DNA from: Candidatus Nealsonbacteria bacterium
GTDB taxonomy: Bacteria; Patescibacteriota; Minisyncoccia; Minisyncoccales; PWPS01
NCBI GenBank assembly: GCA_003554445.1
Contig: PWGJ01000086.1
Span: 1 to 46,017, forward strand
Length of the DNA stretch: 46,017 nt
Direction: 5' to 3'
Every line of letters starts with the position of its first letter. The stretch's first letter is position 1. Below are positions 18,877 through 28,094 of the stretch, piece by piece. Below the pieces are notes generated by a model. The model saw only the letters and a list, made by a program, of their open reading frames with translations, searched no databases and was not told the origin of the DNA. A program made the translations under genes and the position numbers.

Positions 18877-19831
18877 AAAGCTTCATAAGTGAGTTTAAAA
18901 CTTCACCGGCCACCTTGCCCAAAGGACAGTAGGAGCTCTTTTCCAATGCCAAAATAATTTCTTCTAAAAGATCACGATCATAATATCCGGAGTTAAGCAT
19001 TTCATTTATCCTGTAAATTCCCTCTCTACAAGGAGTGCATTTATCACAATTTCCATGCATTAGAAGTCGAGTAATCGATTTCATTTTCTCTTTTTCGTCA
19101 AATTTTTTCTTATCGAAAACCTTTACTGAAGCCAATCTATTACAAGTTACATCAATTTCTTGACTCGAAAGAAAAATTCCTCCTAATCCACCACCCACCT
19201 GAACTAAAAAATCGAATTTTGGGTAATTTTCGGTTTTAATCAAGACATCTCTTACGGTAAGATCTTTATCCAGCTTAAAAACGTCTTCATTTTTTACCGC
19301 TCCGGAAATACAATAAAATTTCTTTCCTTTGTATTCATCGTTTGCTATCTCTGAAATTGCGTAAAAAGTTTCTACATTATGAATCAGAGTCGGGTGGTTC
19401 CATAATCCTTGTTCAGTCGGGTAAGGAGGTTTTATTTTGGGTTCTCCCCTATTTCCTTCAATTGAATTTATTACGGAAGTTTCTTCTCCGGCAACATATC
19501 GATCATCTTTCCTTTTGATTGCTATCTCCGCCGTAAATAAATTCTTTAATTTTTTTTCAAATAACTTCAAATAATCTTTTCTTAAATAAAAGAAGCTCTT
19601 GTTGATATCAAGAACTTCAATCACCTTTTCAATTCCATCCACAACTTTTTCCGGCTCATTGTTTAAGATATATTTATCCTTAAAAACACCCGGCTCTCCT
19701 TCCGCTCCATTACAAATTAAAAATTTTTTACCGTCTTTTTCCGACAGTCGGACCCATTTTTCAAAAACCGGAAACCGACTTCCACTTCTGCCCAGTAAAT
19801 TAGCATCTCTTATTTTTTGAATTAAATCCAT
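18866..19831 (-). CDS. Short NuoF/HydB-like flavin/NADH-binding subunit
   Basis: Motifs LLGRSGSRFP, CNGAEGEPGVFKD, YVAGEETS, KPPYP, HNVET, an SLBB domain and a single Fe-S site CDKCTPCREG...CPLG. Confidence 0.88.
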   Translation of the reverse strand: MDLIQKIRDANLLGRSGSRFPVFEKWVRLSEKDGKKFLICNGAEGEPGVFKDKYILNNEPEKVVDGIEKVIEVLDINKSFFYLRKDYLKLFEKKLKNLFTAEIAIKRKDDRYVAGEETSVINSIEGNRGEPKIKPPYPTEQGLWNHPTLIHNVETFYAISEIANDEYKGKKFYCISGAVKNEDVFKLDKDLTVRDVLIKTENYPKFDFLVQVGGGLGGIFLSSQEIDVTCNRLASVKVFDKKKFDEKEKMKSITRLLMHGNCDKCTPCREGIYRINEMLNSGYYDRDLLEEIILALEKSSYCPLGKVAGEVLNSLMKLYDN

Positions 19832-20586
19832 CAGTTGATTTCAAATGTTACTTCCACTGAACTTCTGATCTCATTTTCACCCGGTTCTATCGGAACTTGT
19901 TGACTGTCATCAGCAGCTTCTTCCATCAGATCCATGGACACTCTTGGAGCATAAAAACCGGCAGATTCAGAATAATCAAGAACCCTACCGACACTAACCC
20001 CCAACGAATCAGCTATTAACTCAGCTTCTTCTCGTGCATTTTCAATAGCTTTTTTGCGAGCATCGATTTTCAACTCCTCCTCATTGCTAACTGAAAAAGA
20101 GAGTCCGGCCACCTTGTTGGCTCCGGCATCGATTGCACCGGCAATAAGAGAATCAATTTCATCAAGATTTTTAAACTTAATCTTTAAATTGTTTTCAACC
20201 TCGTACCCTATTATCTCTCGCTCTCTGTCTCTATTTTCGGTCGTCTCACGATAGCGCGGAGATACGCTGAAATTTAACGTTTTCATATCTTCGTCTCCCA
20301 ATCCGTTTTCCTTAAGGTAATCTCTTACCTCACTCATTTGTTGGCTATTTCTATTGGTAGCCTCACCGTAATCTTCTCCTTGAGTAACAACACTGAAAAC
20401 TATCTCGGCCTCATCGGGAACTTCGTGCAGAGTCTCCTCACCGCTTACCCTTATTGATCTTGGCTGATCCAATCCGGCATAATCACTCTTTGCAAATTCA
20501 TTCATAGTCAATGAAATAACAAAAAGAGTGAGAAAAACGATAAAAACGGCACCCAGATTATATATTAATTTTTTTGATTTATCCAT
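19831..20586 (-). CDS. SIMPL domain (DUF541) protein
   Basis: N-terminal TM; motifs IRVSGE, PDEA, VSPRY, GYEVENN, AGAN, ARKKAIENAREEAE and IEPGENEIRSSVEVTFEI. Confidence 0.92.
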   Translation of the reverse strand: MDKSKKLIYNLGAVFIVFLTLFVISLTMNEFAKSDYAGLDQPRSIRVSGEETLHEVPDEAEIVFSVVTQGEDYGEATNRNSQQMSEVRDYLKENGLGDEDMKTLNFSVSPRYRETTENRDREREIIGYEVENNLKIKFKNLDEIDSLIAGAIDAGANKVAGLSFSVSNEEELKIDARKKAIENAREEAELIADSLGVSVGRVLDYSESAGFYAPRVSMDLMEEAADDSQQVPIEPGENEIRSSVEVTFEIN

Positions 20587-20636
20587 TTTCTTATTTTTAT
20601 TAACTTGCTTTAATTAATTTTAACATAGAAAAAAAC

Positions 20637-20663
20637 AAAGACAACCGAAAATCGGTTGCCTTT
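20637..20663 (-). terminator. Probable intrinsic terminator
   Basis: AAAGACAACCGA-AAA-TCGGTTGCCTTT hairpin with an adjacent A tract. Confidence 0.65.
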
Positions 20664-20689
20664 TTGCCTTTTTTACCATTTATCGTTCT

Positions 20690-21484
20690 TTACGGTTGCA
20701 AGGCGTCCTCTTCTCCTTCTACGAGAATGATCACCTCATCTACGGAATCAAATTGTGTTAAGGTTTGCTCAATTTGATCTCTTATCGATGTTACCCAAGC
20801 GGATCCACCACCGGGATCTATTTCCGCACTGAAATCAACCGTGGCCACTCCTTCTTCCAATTCAAAAGAGAGTAATTCAACCCCTTCAGGAATTGAACTG
20901 CTAATCTCTTCACCGTCTTCATCTTCGGTTAAACCGCCCAAAAGTGCAACAATTGCAGACTCTTCTACTCCGTTTACCACCTCTATCTCCCTGTTAATTG
21001 CAACTATGTCTTCAACACCGCCGATTATCTCAACAAAGTAAAGATCAACCGAAGCAGTTTCTTCTTCATCACCATTTTCTTCATCACCATTTTCTTCATC
21101 AACCATCTCTTCGGTCATCTCGTTGAAGATTTCGTCGGTAAAAGCACCGATGACTTCATTTTCTTCTACGGTAACTACGATGGTATGAGGTGTAATGACT
21201 TGCGCAGCCGCTTCATCCTCGCCCACGGTTCCGTAGCCCGCAAAATTGGAATTAAAGTCAAAAGTCACTCTAAAACGAGAATCTTCGACTTCTTCCGTGT
21301 CAACATGGGTTAATTCGTGACCACCCCTTTCGGTAAAGGTGGGAGCCTCATCTCTAACCCAGTCTTCAGCGATTTCTTCCGCTTCTTCAGCGGTGTAAAT
21401 TACGTCCTCTACTTCACTTAAAAAGTAACCGGCTACCAAAACGAGTGCTACGATTATAATTCCTATTAATACTTTTTTGTTCAT
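20690..21484 (-). CDS. Acidic membrane-anchored protein with C-terminal GerMN domain
   Basis: N-terminal TM; VDLYF...ALLGG...SSIPEGVELL...ATVDFS...GGS...QIEQTLTQFDSVDEVIILVEG. Confidence 0.85.
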   Translation of the reverse strand: MNKKVLIGIIIVALVLVAGYFLSEVEDVIYTAEEAEEIAEDWVRDEAPTFTERGGHELTHVDTEEVEDSRFRVTFDFNSNFAGYGTVGEDEAAAQVITPHTIVVTVEENEVIGAFTDEIFNEMTEEMVDEENGDEENGDEEETASVDLYFVEIIGGVEDIVAINREIEVVNGVEESAIVALLGGLTEDEDGEEISSSIPEGVELLSFELEEGVATVDFSAEIDPGGGSAWVTSIRDQIEQTLTQFDSVDEVIILVEGEEDALQP

Positions 21485-21560
21485 GGTATTTTTTAAAAAA
21501 TAAATTTTCGACCTTTTTTGTTTTCACCTTTATTCTAACACAACTTTATTATTTGGCAAC

Positions 21561-21592
21561 AAAAACCCTCACAGCTAATTGTGAGGGTTTTT
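21561..21592 (-). terminator. Intrinsic terminator
   Basis: Perfect 13-bp stem AAAAACCCTCACA/TGTGAGGGTTTTT. Confidence 0.75.
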
Positions 21593-21617
21593 ATACTTAT
21601 TTTATTGCAAATTGAAA

Positions 21618-21908
21618 TTACAACTCAAGGTCTTCCTCGTCTTCCTCATCTTCTTCGAGGTCTTCCTCGTCTTCCTCATCTTCTTCGAGGTCTTCTTCTA
21701 ATTCGTCATCGAAATCTTCCTCGAGATCCTCTTCGAACTCGTCGTCGAAGTCGTCATCGAGGTCTTCGTCGAAGTCGTCATCGAAGTCCTCTTCGAAGTC
21801 GTCATCAATAGGATCAATCTCTTCAACCTCATCAGTCATCGCTACTCCTATGATAACGAGTAAAACGATAATTACTGCAACAACAATTAAAATTGTTTTT
21901 TTATCCAT
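21618..21908 (-). CDS. Small hyper-acidic membrane-anchored protein
   Basis: MDKK plus TM helix, then a D/E-rich low-complexity tail; has its own promoter-like region and terminator. Confidence 0.8.
   Translation of the reverse strand: MDKKTILIVVAVIIVLLVIIGVAMTDEVEEIDPIDDDFEEDFDDDFDEDLDDDFDDEFEEDLEEDFDDELEEDLEEDEEDEEDLEEDEEDEEDLEL
21628..21695. repeat. 30-bp tandem repeat within the acidic protein gene
   Basis: AGGTCTTCCTCGTCTTCCTCATCTTCTTCG twice plus a partial third copy. Confidence 0.9.
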
Positions 21909-21971
21909 TTTTTTAGCTCATTAATTTAAGCCGACCTTTTTTCCTTGTAGAATTATAAAAGAAATGAAAAT

Positions 21972-22766
21972 CTATTGCAAATTGAAATTAAGTTCTATCT
22001 CTCCATTGGTTGCCAGAAGATCTATCTTATCATCAACACTGAGTTCATCTATCTCAATTAACTCTTTGCTTGAATCGTATAAACTTCCTCCCGCTTCGTT
22101 TAAAATAACAATTCCTGCAGCTATGTCCCATATCGGTATATTGTATGTTAAGTAGCCTTCTGCTCTGGCTGACGCTATCCATGCGAGCTCGATAGCGGCG
22201 GACCCTATCTTTCGAAAATCTTTGGTCTTCGAGTAAACCTCTTCAAAATTGGCAATAATTCTTTCATTTGATTTTTCGGTTCCTTCACAAAAAATAAAAT
22301 AAGAATTATTCAAATTATCTTCATTTGAGACATTTAGCCTCTTTCGCTGTCCGGTCTCGATATCTTGCCTGTAAGAACCTTCATTCACGATCCCGAAGAA
22401 CCGCTCACCTAAAGATGGAGCTTCTATTACCCCTAAAAGCGGAGTTCCGTTCCTCCATAGTGAAATTGAGACACTGTAAAATGGATTATGATTTTCAAAA
22501 TTGCCCGTTCCATCCAATGGGTCGATTATCCACAAAAAATCACCCCCTTTGTCGACTAAGCCCGATTCTTCGGTTAAATAAGAGTGTTCCGGGAATTCTT
22601 TTTCTATTCCCTTTTTAATCAAATCATCCATTAAATGATCAAAGATACTCTTAACCTCTTTGCTCGTACCTCTCTTATCGGCATTTTCAGATCGAAAAGA
22701 CTCTTTTAGTTTAAGACCCGCCTTCTTAGCAACTTTTTGACTGAATTTTAGATATTTTTTCTTCAT
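21972..22766 (-). CDS. Inositol monophosphatase family protein (SuhB-like)
   Basis: Motifs LTEES, WIIDPLDGTGNF, RKIGSAAIELAW and WDIAAG..ILNEAGG; start placed at ATG 22766. Confidence 0.92.
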   Translation of the reverse strand: MKKKYLKFSQKVAKKAGLKLKESFRSENADKRGTSKEVKSIFDHLMDDLIKKGIEKEFPEHSYLTEESGLVDKGGDFLWIIDPLDGTGNFENHNPFYSVSISLWRNGTPLLGVIEAPSLGERFFGIVNEGSYRQDIETGQRKRLNVSNEDNLNNSYFIFCEGTEKSNERIIANFEEVYSKTKDFRKIGSAAIELAWIASARAEGYLTYNIPIWDIAAGIVILNEAGGSLYDSSKELIEIDELSVDDKIDLLATNGEIELNFNLQ

Positions 22767-22805
22767 ATTGGGTAAAATTATAACGAAGCTCAAAATTAAT
22801 TCAAG

Positions 22806-22829
22806 AAAAAAGCGCCCTTCGAAGGGCGC
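22806..22829 (-). terminator. Intrinsic terminator
   Basis: GCGCCCTTCGAAGGGCGC palindrome with a T6 tract on the minus strand. Confidence 0.8.
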
Positions 22830-22848
22830 CGGTTTTATTTTTTTGTAT

Positions 22849-23277
22849 TTAAAGTCTGTCTCTATTTTTTTCGACTAATTTTTCTTTGAAATGTTCGGGG
22901 GGACTCAAGTCTATCGTAGTCGGTATGGTATAAAATCTAATGAAAAAATTAGAAGAAATAACGGGTGAGTACGCTTCAAATTCATATCTTCCGGGAAATA
23001 CACTAAGAGAACCTCTTAATTTCATCTTTTTTCCAAAATTAAAATCGATTCTGGATACCGATTCTCTTGGACTTATTCCTACAACGTAAAACGGCAACAC
23101 GGTCACTTTCTTCTCATCCAAAAATACGTCCTGTGAATAGATTTTTGCACCAGCTTTAACTTCTACCTCCTTGTGAAGCTTTATTGGCGCAACTCTTAAA
23201 AAGGTCCTGATTAAATCAAAATCTTTTTCCGGAAAATAGCTTCCGATCTTTTCAAAGTTATCTTTTTTAATGTTCAT
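22849..23277 (-). CDS. Hypothetical protein
   Basis: 142-aa ORF with a consensus promoter, SD AAGGAGG (23285-23291) and its own terminator. Confidence 0.75.
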   Translation of the reverse strand: MNIKKDNFEKIGSYFPEKDFDLIRTFLRVAPIKLHKEVEVKAGAKIYSQDVFLDEKKVTVLPFYVVGISPRESVSRIDFNFGKKMKLRGSLSVFPGRYEFEAYSPVISSNFFIRFYTIPTTIDLSPPEHFKEKLVEKNRDRL

Positions 23278-23297
23278 TTTACCCCCTCCTTAGCAAA

Positions 23298-23326
23298 ATA
23301 GTACAATTAAAACTTTCTTTTGTCAA
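23298..23326 (-). promoter_or_regulatory. Sigma70-type promoter of the 142-aa gene
   Basis: TTGACA-17 nt-TACTAT. Confidence 0.75.
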
Positions 23327-23348
23327 ACATAAACAGTAGTGATATACT
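23320..23348 (+). promoter_or_regulatory. Sigma70-type promoter of the OLD-family gene
   Basis: TTGTCA-17 nt-TATACT with a TGn extension. Confidence 0.65.
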
Positions 23349-23371
23349 GATAAAGATTAATAAAAAAGATT

Positions 23372-24607
23372 ATGCAAATAAAATTCAAGAAGGCATCAAT
23401 TGAAAAATATAAAAGCATCAGAAGCCCTGTAAATATAAACGGGTTTTCCAAATTCAATATTTTAGTGGGTCCGAATAACGCCGGAAAGACCAATGTACTT
23501 GACGCTTTGGAGCTTATCTTTAATCCAAAAAAGGAAAGTTTGCACCGAAAAGAGGCAAAAATTGATATTGTTTTGGAAGTTGAAGGAGAAGAAAAACTCT
23601 TTAATTATTCCCAAAAAAAAATTCGGCCGAGTCTAAGCAAAAAGTCACGATTAATCAGGATTAATGACTCCATATCCATAAAAAAGATTGCCACGGAAGA
23701 ATTGCAGCGCTTTAAGGATCAATACGAGTCGGATTATAGAAAGCTTTCATCCACGATTGAAGAGTACTTTCAAGACATCCAGATGAGTGAAGATCTCTTC
23801 AAGGCTAATATCAAAACAAAAGATGGCAAAAAATCTCTAAAAAGAATGGGGGACGGATTTAAAAGGCTCTTCGTTATTCTTTTTTATATCTACCATCCGG
23901 AATACGATATAATTTTAATTGATGAGCCTGAACTTCATCTACACCCTTCAGTCATTAAAAAATTTCTAAAGATATTAAATAAAGAAGAAGTTGACACTCA
24001 AGTTTTGATGACTACTCATCACCCCACGATGGTTCAGGCTAAATTTTTAGATAAAACTTGGCGAATTGCCAGGGATGATTCTCACAGTACTTCAATTTAT
24101 AAATTTAACGAAAAATCATCTCTTGATATCGATCGTTTTGTTCAAGAGATAAATGATGATAATTCGGCAATGCTCTTTGCCGATAAGGTTTTGCTGGTCG
24201 AGGGTGTTTCGGATAGTATACTTATGAGAGAATTGATTGATAAATTTTACACTGGCAGGGAGGATATAAAAGTTGTCTATTCGGGTGGGGTCGGTGATAT
24301 CGACCTGTATGAAAAAGTTTGTGAGATCTTTAATATTCCCTACAAAGTAATGATTGACGGTGATATGCTGGAGATGTATTGGCAAAAAAAATTCGGCAAA
24401 AAAAAGAGCCCTCGAAAAGAAGTAAAACGGGATCTTCTGGAGAAAGAAAACATATTCGTTCTCAAAGGTGACCTTGAGGATAATTATCCTAAAAAATATC
24501 AAAAAAGAGACACTAAGCCACTTAATGCTCTTTTTGCCGGAAATAAAATAAACGAGAGTGATTTTTCAAATATGAGTGAATTGAAAAGAGTGATTGAGAA
24601 CCTCTAA
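23372..24607 (+). CDS. OLD-family ATP-dependent endonuclease (ABC ATPase + TOPRIM)
   Basis: Walker A VGPNNAGKT, MGDG signature, LIDEPELHLHP, TTHHP; TOPRIM VLLVEGVSD and IDGD. Confidence 0.88.
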   Translation: MQIKFKKASIEKYKSIRSPVNINGFSKFNILVGPNNAGKTNVLDALELIFNPKKESLHRKEAKIDIVLEVEGEEKLFNYSQKKIRPSLSKKSRLIRINDSISIKKIATEELQRFKDQYESDYRKLSSTIEEYFQDIQMSEDLFKANIKTKDGKKSLKRMGDGFKRLFVILFYIYHPEYDIILIDEPELHLHPSVIKKFLKILNKEEVDTQVLMTTHHPTMVQAKFLDKTWRIARDDSHSTSIYKFNEKSSLDIDRFVQEINDDNSAMLFADKVLLVEGVSDSILMRELIDKFYTGREDIKVVYSGGVGDIDLYEKVCEIFNIPYKVMIDGDMLEMYWQKKFGKKKSPRKEVKRDLLEKENIFVLKGDLEDNYPKKYQKRDTKPLNALFAGNKINESDFSNMSELKRVIENL

Positions 24608-26301
24608 TCCCAATTGAAATTATTTATTTTAAAAATCTCATGAAGGGCTTCCAGATAAGTGGCAAAGCTCCATGCTTGGCTTATTGCTCCTTCCGCTCTC
24701 AACTCTTCAGCGGAGCTTAGCTCGCTGTGATGCCCGACCGCACCATTCCAGAGCAGATCCGCTCTACTTGCTTTTAATATTTGATTAACTTCATATGAAA
24801 ACTTCCCCTCATTCAATCTATTCATCGCTATCGCCGCCAAGTTGTTAACAAAAAACCAGCTATCACCTTGATGGTAACTTTGCGGGTTCTCACCCGTATA
24901 TTTTTTTTGGTACCGAGGATCTTCCTTGCTTATCGTAGCCAAACCACCCCAGTCCAGCCAAAGCTCATAAAGAGCTCTTCTAAAACAAACCTCCCATTCA
25001 TCATCAGTAAGAAGCTCCGGATATATATAATATGACAAGAAAACATTCGGTCTGACAGTTTTATCAACCCATCCCGAATCCGGAATGTATCCGTCCGCTA
25101 AAATATTTCCGTCCCAGAATTTATCACGAACTTCTTTTTTTAAATCTTTCTCCAATCGTTCATAGTCTTTTTGTCTTTCCTTATCAATCAACTTACCCAA
25201 TTTATACATTGCGAGCTGTAACGCTTGCATTTCAATTCTGGCACCTTTTCTGGATATTGAATCCATCCAAGTCTCTTTACTATCACTTATTTTCAATATT
25301 TCCGAAGGATTTAAATCAACCCGCTTTCTTAAAGATTCAGCTAGCTTCTTTTCTTTTTCTTCATCAAAATCATTTAAAAACAAAAATGCTCTTTTAAAGG
25401 TCCACCCTATTCCGTCAGCAACATGATTTCCGCGTGGGCCGGAAGTGTTTCCATCCAAAAGAGACCAAAAAACTTTTTCAGCTTTCTTTGGTTGAGTAAT
25501 TTTCAATCCTCTAAGTGAAATTGCTTCATCGCGCTGCCAAAACTGAAAGAACCATGGAAATCCAGCGTATATATTTTTACCGTTAACTACTAAATTGTCC
25601 AATCCAACCTCTGAAGTGACAAAGTCAACCGGTTCTCGACGACTTCGACACTCTTTCTTTTTAATCTCTTTTTCAAGATTATCCAATGCCGCATTTTTAT
25701 CTTCAGCTGCAGAAAAGACAATCTTTTTGCCCTTCAAAATAAGAGCTTTAAAAACCGCCTTTTCAAAAGGAGGCGAACTTCTCTTTTTATCCAACTCATA
25801 ATCACGAACGAATCTTTCTTCAACCTTTTCAAAAGAATCAAATCCGGTGATTGCCAGATAGAGATTGCTTTCTCCTTCGGAGCTTACCAAAATTTTATTT
25901 TCAAAGCTTTCGATCTCATATTCCGGATAGTCATCGCTATAAGATCGACGCATATCCAAAACCAATTCTATTCTTTTCTTGTCTTCAAGTTCATAAATAA
26001 ACATACTGGAGTCAAGATCCAATTGAAATGACTCCTTAAAGCCCTCTCCTACCCTCTCTACGGATGTAAAATAGTTATTCAACTGTTCTACACTTTTACG
26101 ATCAACGGGACGTATGTCATCTATTATTTTATAAATCTTACCTCGTTCTTCTTCCGGAGTTACAAACCAGCCTTGATATCTGCTTTCGGGACTATTTCCC
26201 AGCCAAAGATAATCACCCAAATCATTACCAAGCAAGAAGGATCTTCCATCCCCCACTTCTTTTTCCCAACTCCCTTTTCCTAAAATATGCTTTATTTTCA
26301 T
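24604..26301 (-). CDS. Amylo-alpha-1,6-glucosidase / glycogen debranching enzyme (GH133-like)
   Basis: Motifs YAGFPWFFQFWQRDEAIS, TWMD, RPN, YHQGDSW and SQAWS. Confidence 0.85.
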   Translation of the reverse strand: MKIKHILGKGSWEKEVGDGRSFLLGNDLGDYLWLGNSPESRYQGWFVTPEEERGKIYKIIDDIRPVDRKSVEQLNNYFTSVERVGEGFKESFQLDLDSSMFIYELEDKKRIELVLDMRRSYSDDYPEYEIESFENKILVSSEGESNLYLAITGFDSFEKVEERFVRDYELDKKRSSPPFEKAVFKALILKGKKIVFSAAEDKNAALDNLEKEIKKKECRSRREPVDFVTSEVGLDNLVVNGKNIYAGFPWFFQFWQRDEAISLRGLKITQPKKAEKVFWSLLDGNTSGPRGNHVADGIGWTFKRAFLFLNDFDEEKEKKLAESLRKRVDLNPSEILKISDSKETWMDSISRKGARIEMQALQLAMYKLGKLIDKERQKDYERLEKDLKKEVRDKFWDGNILADGYIPDSGWVDKTVRPNVFLSYYIYPELLTDDEWEVCFRRALYELWLDWGGLATISKEDPRYQKKYTGENPQSYHQGDSWFFVNNLAAIAMNRLNEGKFSYEVNQILKASRADLLWNGAVGHHSELSSAEELRAEGAISQAWSFATYLEALHEIFKINNFNWD

Positions 26302-28091
26302 TCTGTCGCTTTATTATGGGCTTTGATGTAATTTTCTACAAAATCATTCCAGTCCGCTTTTGAGGCGATCTTTCTGGATTCTATCTTATTATCAACTCTT
26401 CCCTGTCTATCATATTGAGAAAATTTATGCATGAATTCCGCTAAATCTTTTACCGCCTCCCGATCATCTCTTCCATGTCTTTTTAAAATATAAACACCTT
26501 CTTTATCTTCTTTCGTTTCAAGAGTTTGTCGATATCTTCCGAAACCGGCTAAATCCGTAGTTACCGAAGCTACGCCCAAAGCAGCCGCTTCAAGCGGAGT
26601 ATACCCCCAAGGCTCATAAAAGCTCGGAAATACACCAAGATGACAAGCTTCCAGTGCTTCTTGATAACTGAGATTGGAAAGGCCGTCATGACCGGTAAGA
26701 TAAATTGGATAATAAACCACCTTTACCGGATCATCTTTGTCATTGGTTAAGCCGTGCTCTCTAAGAGAATTTAAAATTCTGTCACTGCCTCCGGCAAGTT
26801 CATGAGTCGATAAGGGCGGATTCTCATGCGATCTATCGAGTCGTAATAACTTCTTCTCAATTTCAAAGAGATAATTTTCACTTATAGTGTTTTTTGTCTT
26901 AATTTCATCCTCATACAGAAGGTTGTAGAGTATTTTTTCTTCTATTTCCGGCATCGCACCATCCAAAGAATCCTTAACGTCTTGAAAGAATTCTTTATTT
27001 TCAACCAACTCTCTTTTAACCGACAACGCATCGGACGGAATCCAGAAATAAGCCACTATCGTTTTATCGTTATCATTACTTTCTTTTAGTTTTTGATTTA
27101 AATCCGCTAATGATTTTATAAAATAATCGACTCCTTTTGCTTTGTATTCATTTCTTCCGATAATGAAGTAAAAAAGTGTGTTTTCAATATCGAATTTATA
27201 ATAAGGGAAAAAGTAAGAAATCGTAAATTCTCGAAGCTTTTTTCGCTGATGTCTATGTTTTATGACAATCTCTTCAAAGGTCAGAAACTTATCCAAGTTA
27301 AGTCCGTTCGGTAATATGACGTCCGGTCTGCGCCCCAAAAAGTTTTCCGTTTCCAGGCCGGTAATTTCACTTACCGTCGTAAAAACATCCGCTCTTTCAG
27401 CCGTTTTCTTTTCCATTTGATGCTTGGAGTGAACATTATTCTCATAAGAAGCATCGGAGGGGTTTATTTCATCCAATTTCGTATAAAAATCTACATTATT
27501 ATATGCCAGTGCTCTTCCCAGACTGGTAGCATGAGTTGTAAAAACGGTTGATACTTCGGAATTACTCCTATCCAAATAAAGCAAACCTCCGCCCGAAAGC
27601 CACTCATGAAAGTGAGCAACCGCTTTTTCTTCTTTTTTCACTAAATGTTCGTTCAATTTTTCAATCAATTTACCTGTTGCCCAAGACCAAATCATCGGAG
27701 TCTCAAAGGTATCACCGGCATCCAAAGAATCAATTCCGTAATCTTCCCACAAAAATTTCTTAATTCTATTTTTTTCAGAATAAAAGCCATTAAAATCAAC
27801 AAGTATCGTCTTGGGTCTTCCTTTAACCATCCATCTCCCGTAATAACATTGAATTCCTTCTTTTTCCAGCTCATCAAATATCTTCTTTAAATCGTCACTT
27901 GGTGCCTCTTGCTTGAACTCTCCTTTTGATTTGTCCAGATAATAGGGTCCTATAAGGTAATAGTTATCACCGTATTTCTCCAGCATATTGGATGCTTTCG
28001 ATTCTAAAACTCTGTATATTCCTCCCACCTTATTACATATTTCGAAAGAAACCTCAAAAAGATAATCAGATTTTGGCTTTTGTTTTTTCAT
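26298..28091 (-). CDS. Glycogen synthase, GT3 family
   Basis: Motifs FEVSFEICNKVGGIY, AHFHEWL, FTTHAT.LGR, FTTVSEIT and CHLGVFPSFYEPWGYTPLE. Confidence 0.92.
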   Translation of the reverse strand: MKKQKPKSDYLFEVSFEICNKVGGIYRVLESKASNMLEKYGDNYYLIGPYYLDKSKGEFKQEAPSDDLKKIFDELEKEGIQCYYGRWMVKGRPKTILVDFNGFYSEKNRIKKFLWEDYGIDSLDAGDTFETPMIWSWATGKLIEKLNEHLVKKEEKAVAHFHEWLSGGGLLYLDRSNSEVSTVFTTHATSLGRALAYNNVDFYTKLDEINPSDASYENNVHSKHQMEKKTAERADVFTTVSEITGLETENFLGRRPDVILPNGLNLDKFLTFEEIVIKHRHQRKKLREFTISYFFPYYKFDIENTLFYFIIGRNEYKAKGVDYFIKSLADLNQKLKESNDNDKTIVAYFWIPSDALSVKRELVENKEFFQDVKDSLDGAMPEIEEKILYNLLYEDEIKTKNTISENYLFEIEKKLLRLDRSHENPPLSTHELAGGSDRILNSLREHGLTNDKDDPVKVVYYPIYLTGHDGLSNLSYQEALEACHLGVFPSFYEPWGYTPLEAAALGVASVTTDLAGFGRYRQTLETKEDKEGVYILKRHGRDDREAVKDLAEFMHKFSQYDRQGRVDNKIESRKIASKADWNDFVENYIKAHNKATE

Positions 28092-28094
28092 TTT

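Noticed and set aside
18866..19831. Respiratory complex I nuoF
   Set aside because: No other nuo genes are nearby, and it overlaps an [FeFe]-hydrogenase gene.
21581..21811. Arg/Leu-rich plus-strand ORF
   Set aside because: Antisense shadow of the acidic repeat gene.
23372..24607. Gabija system (OLD + UvrD)
   Set aside because: Both UvrD genes are over 7 kb away, on the other strand and of housekeeping type; there is no adjacent GajB.
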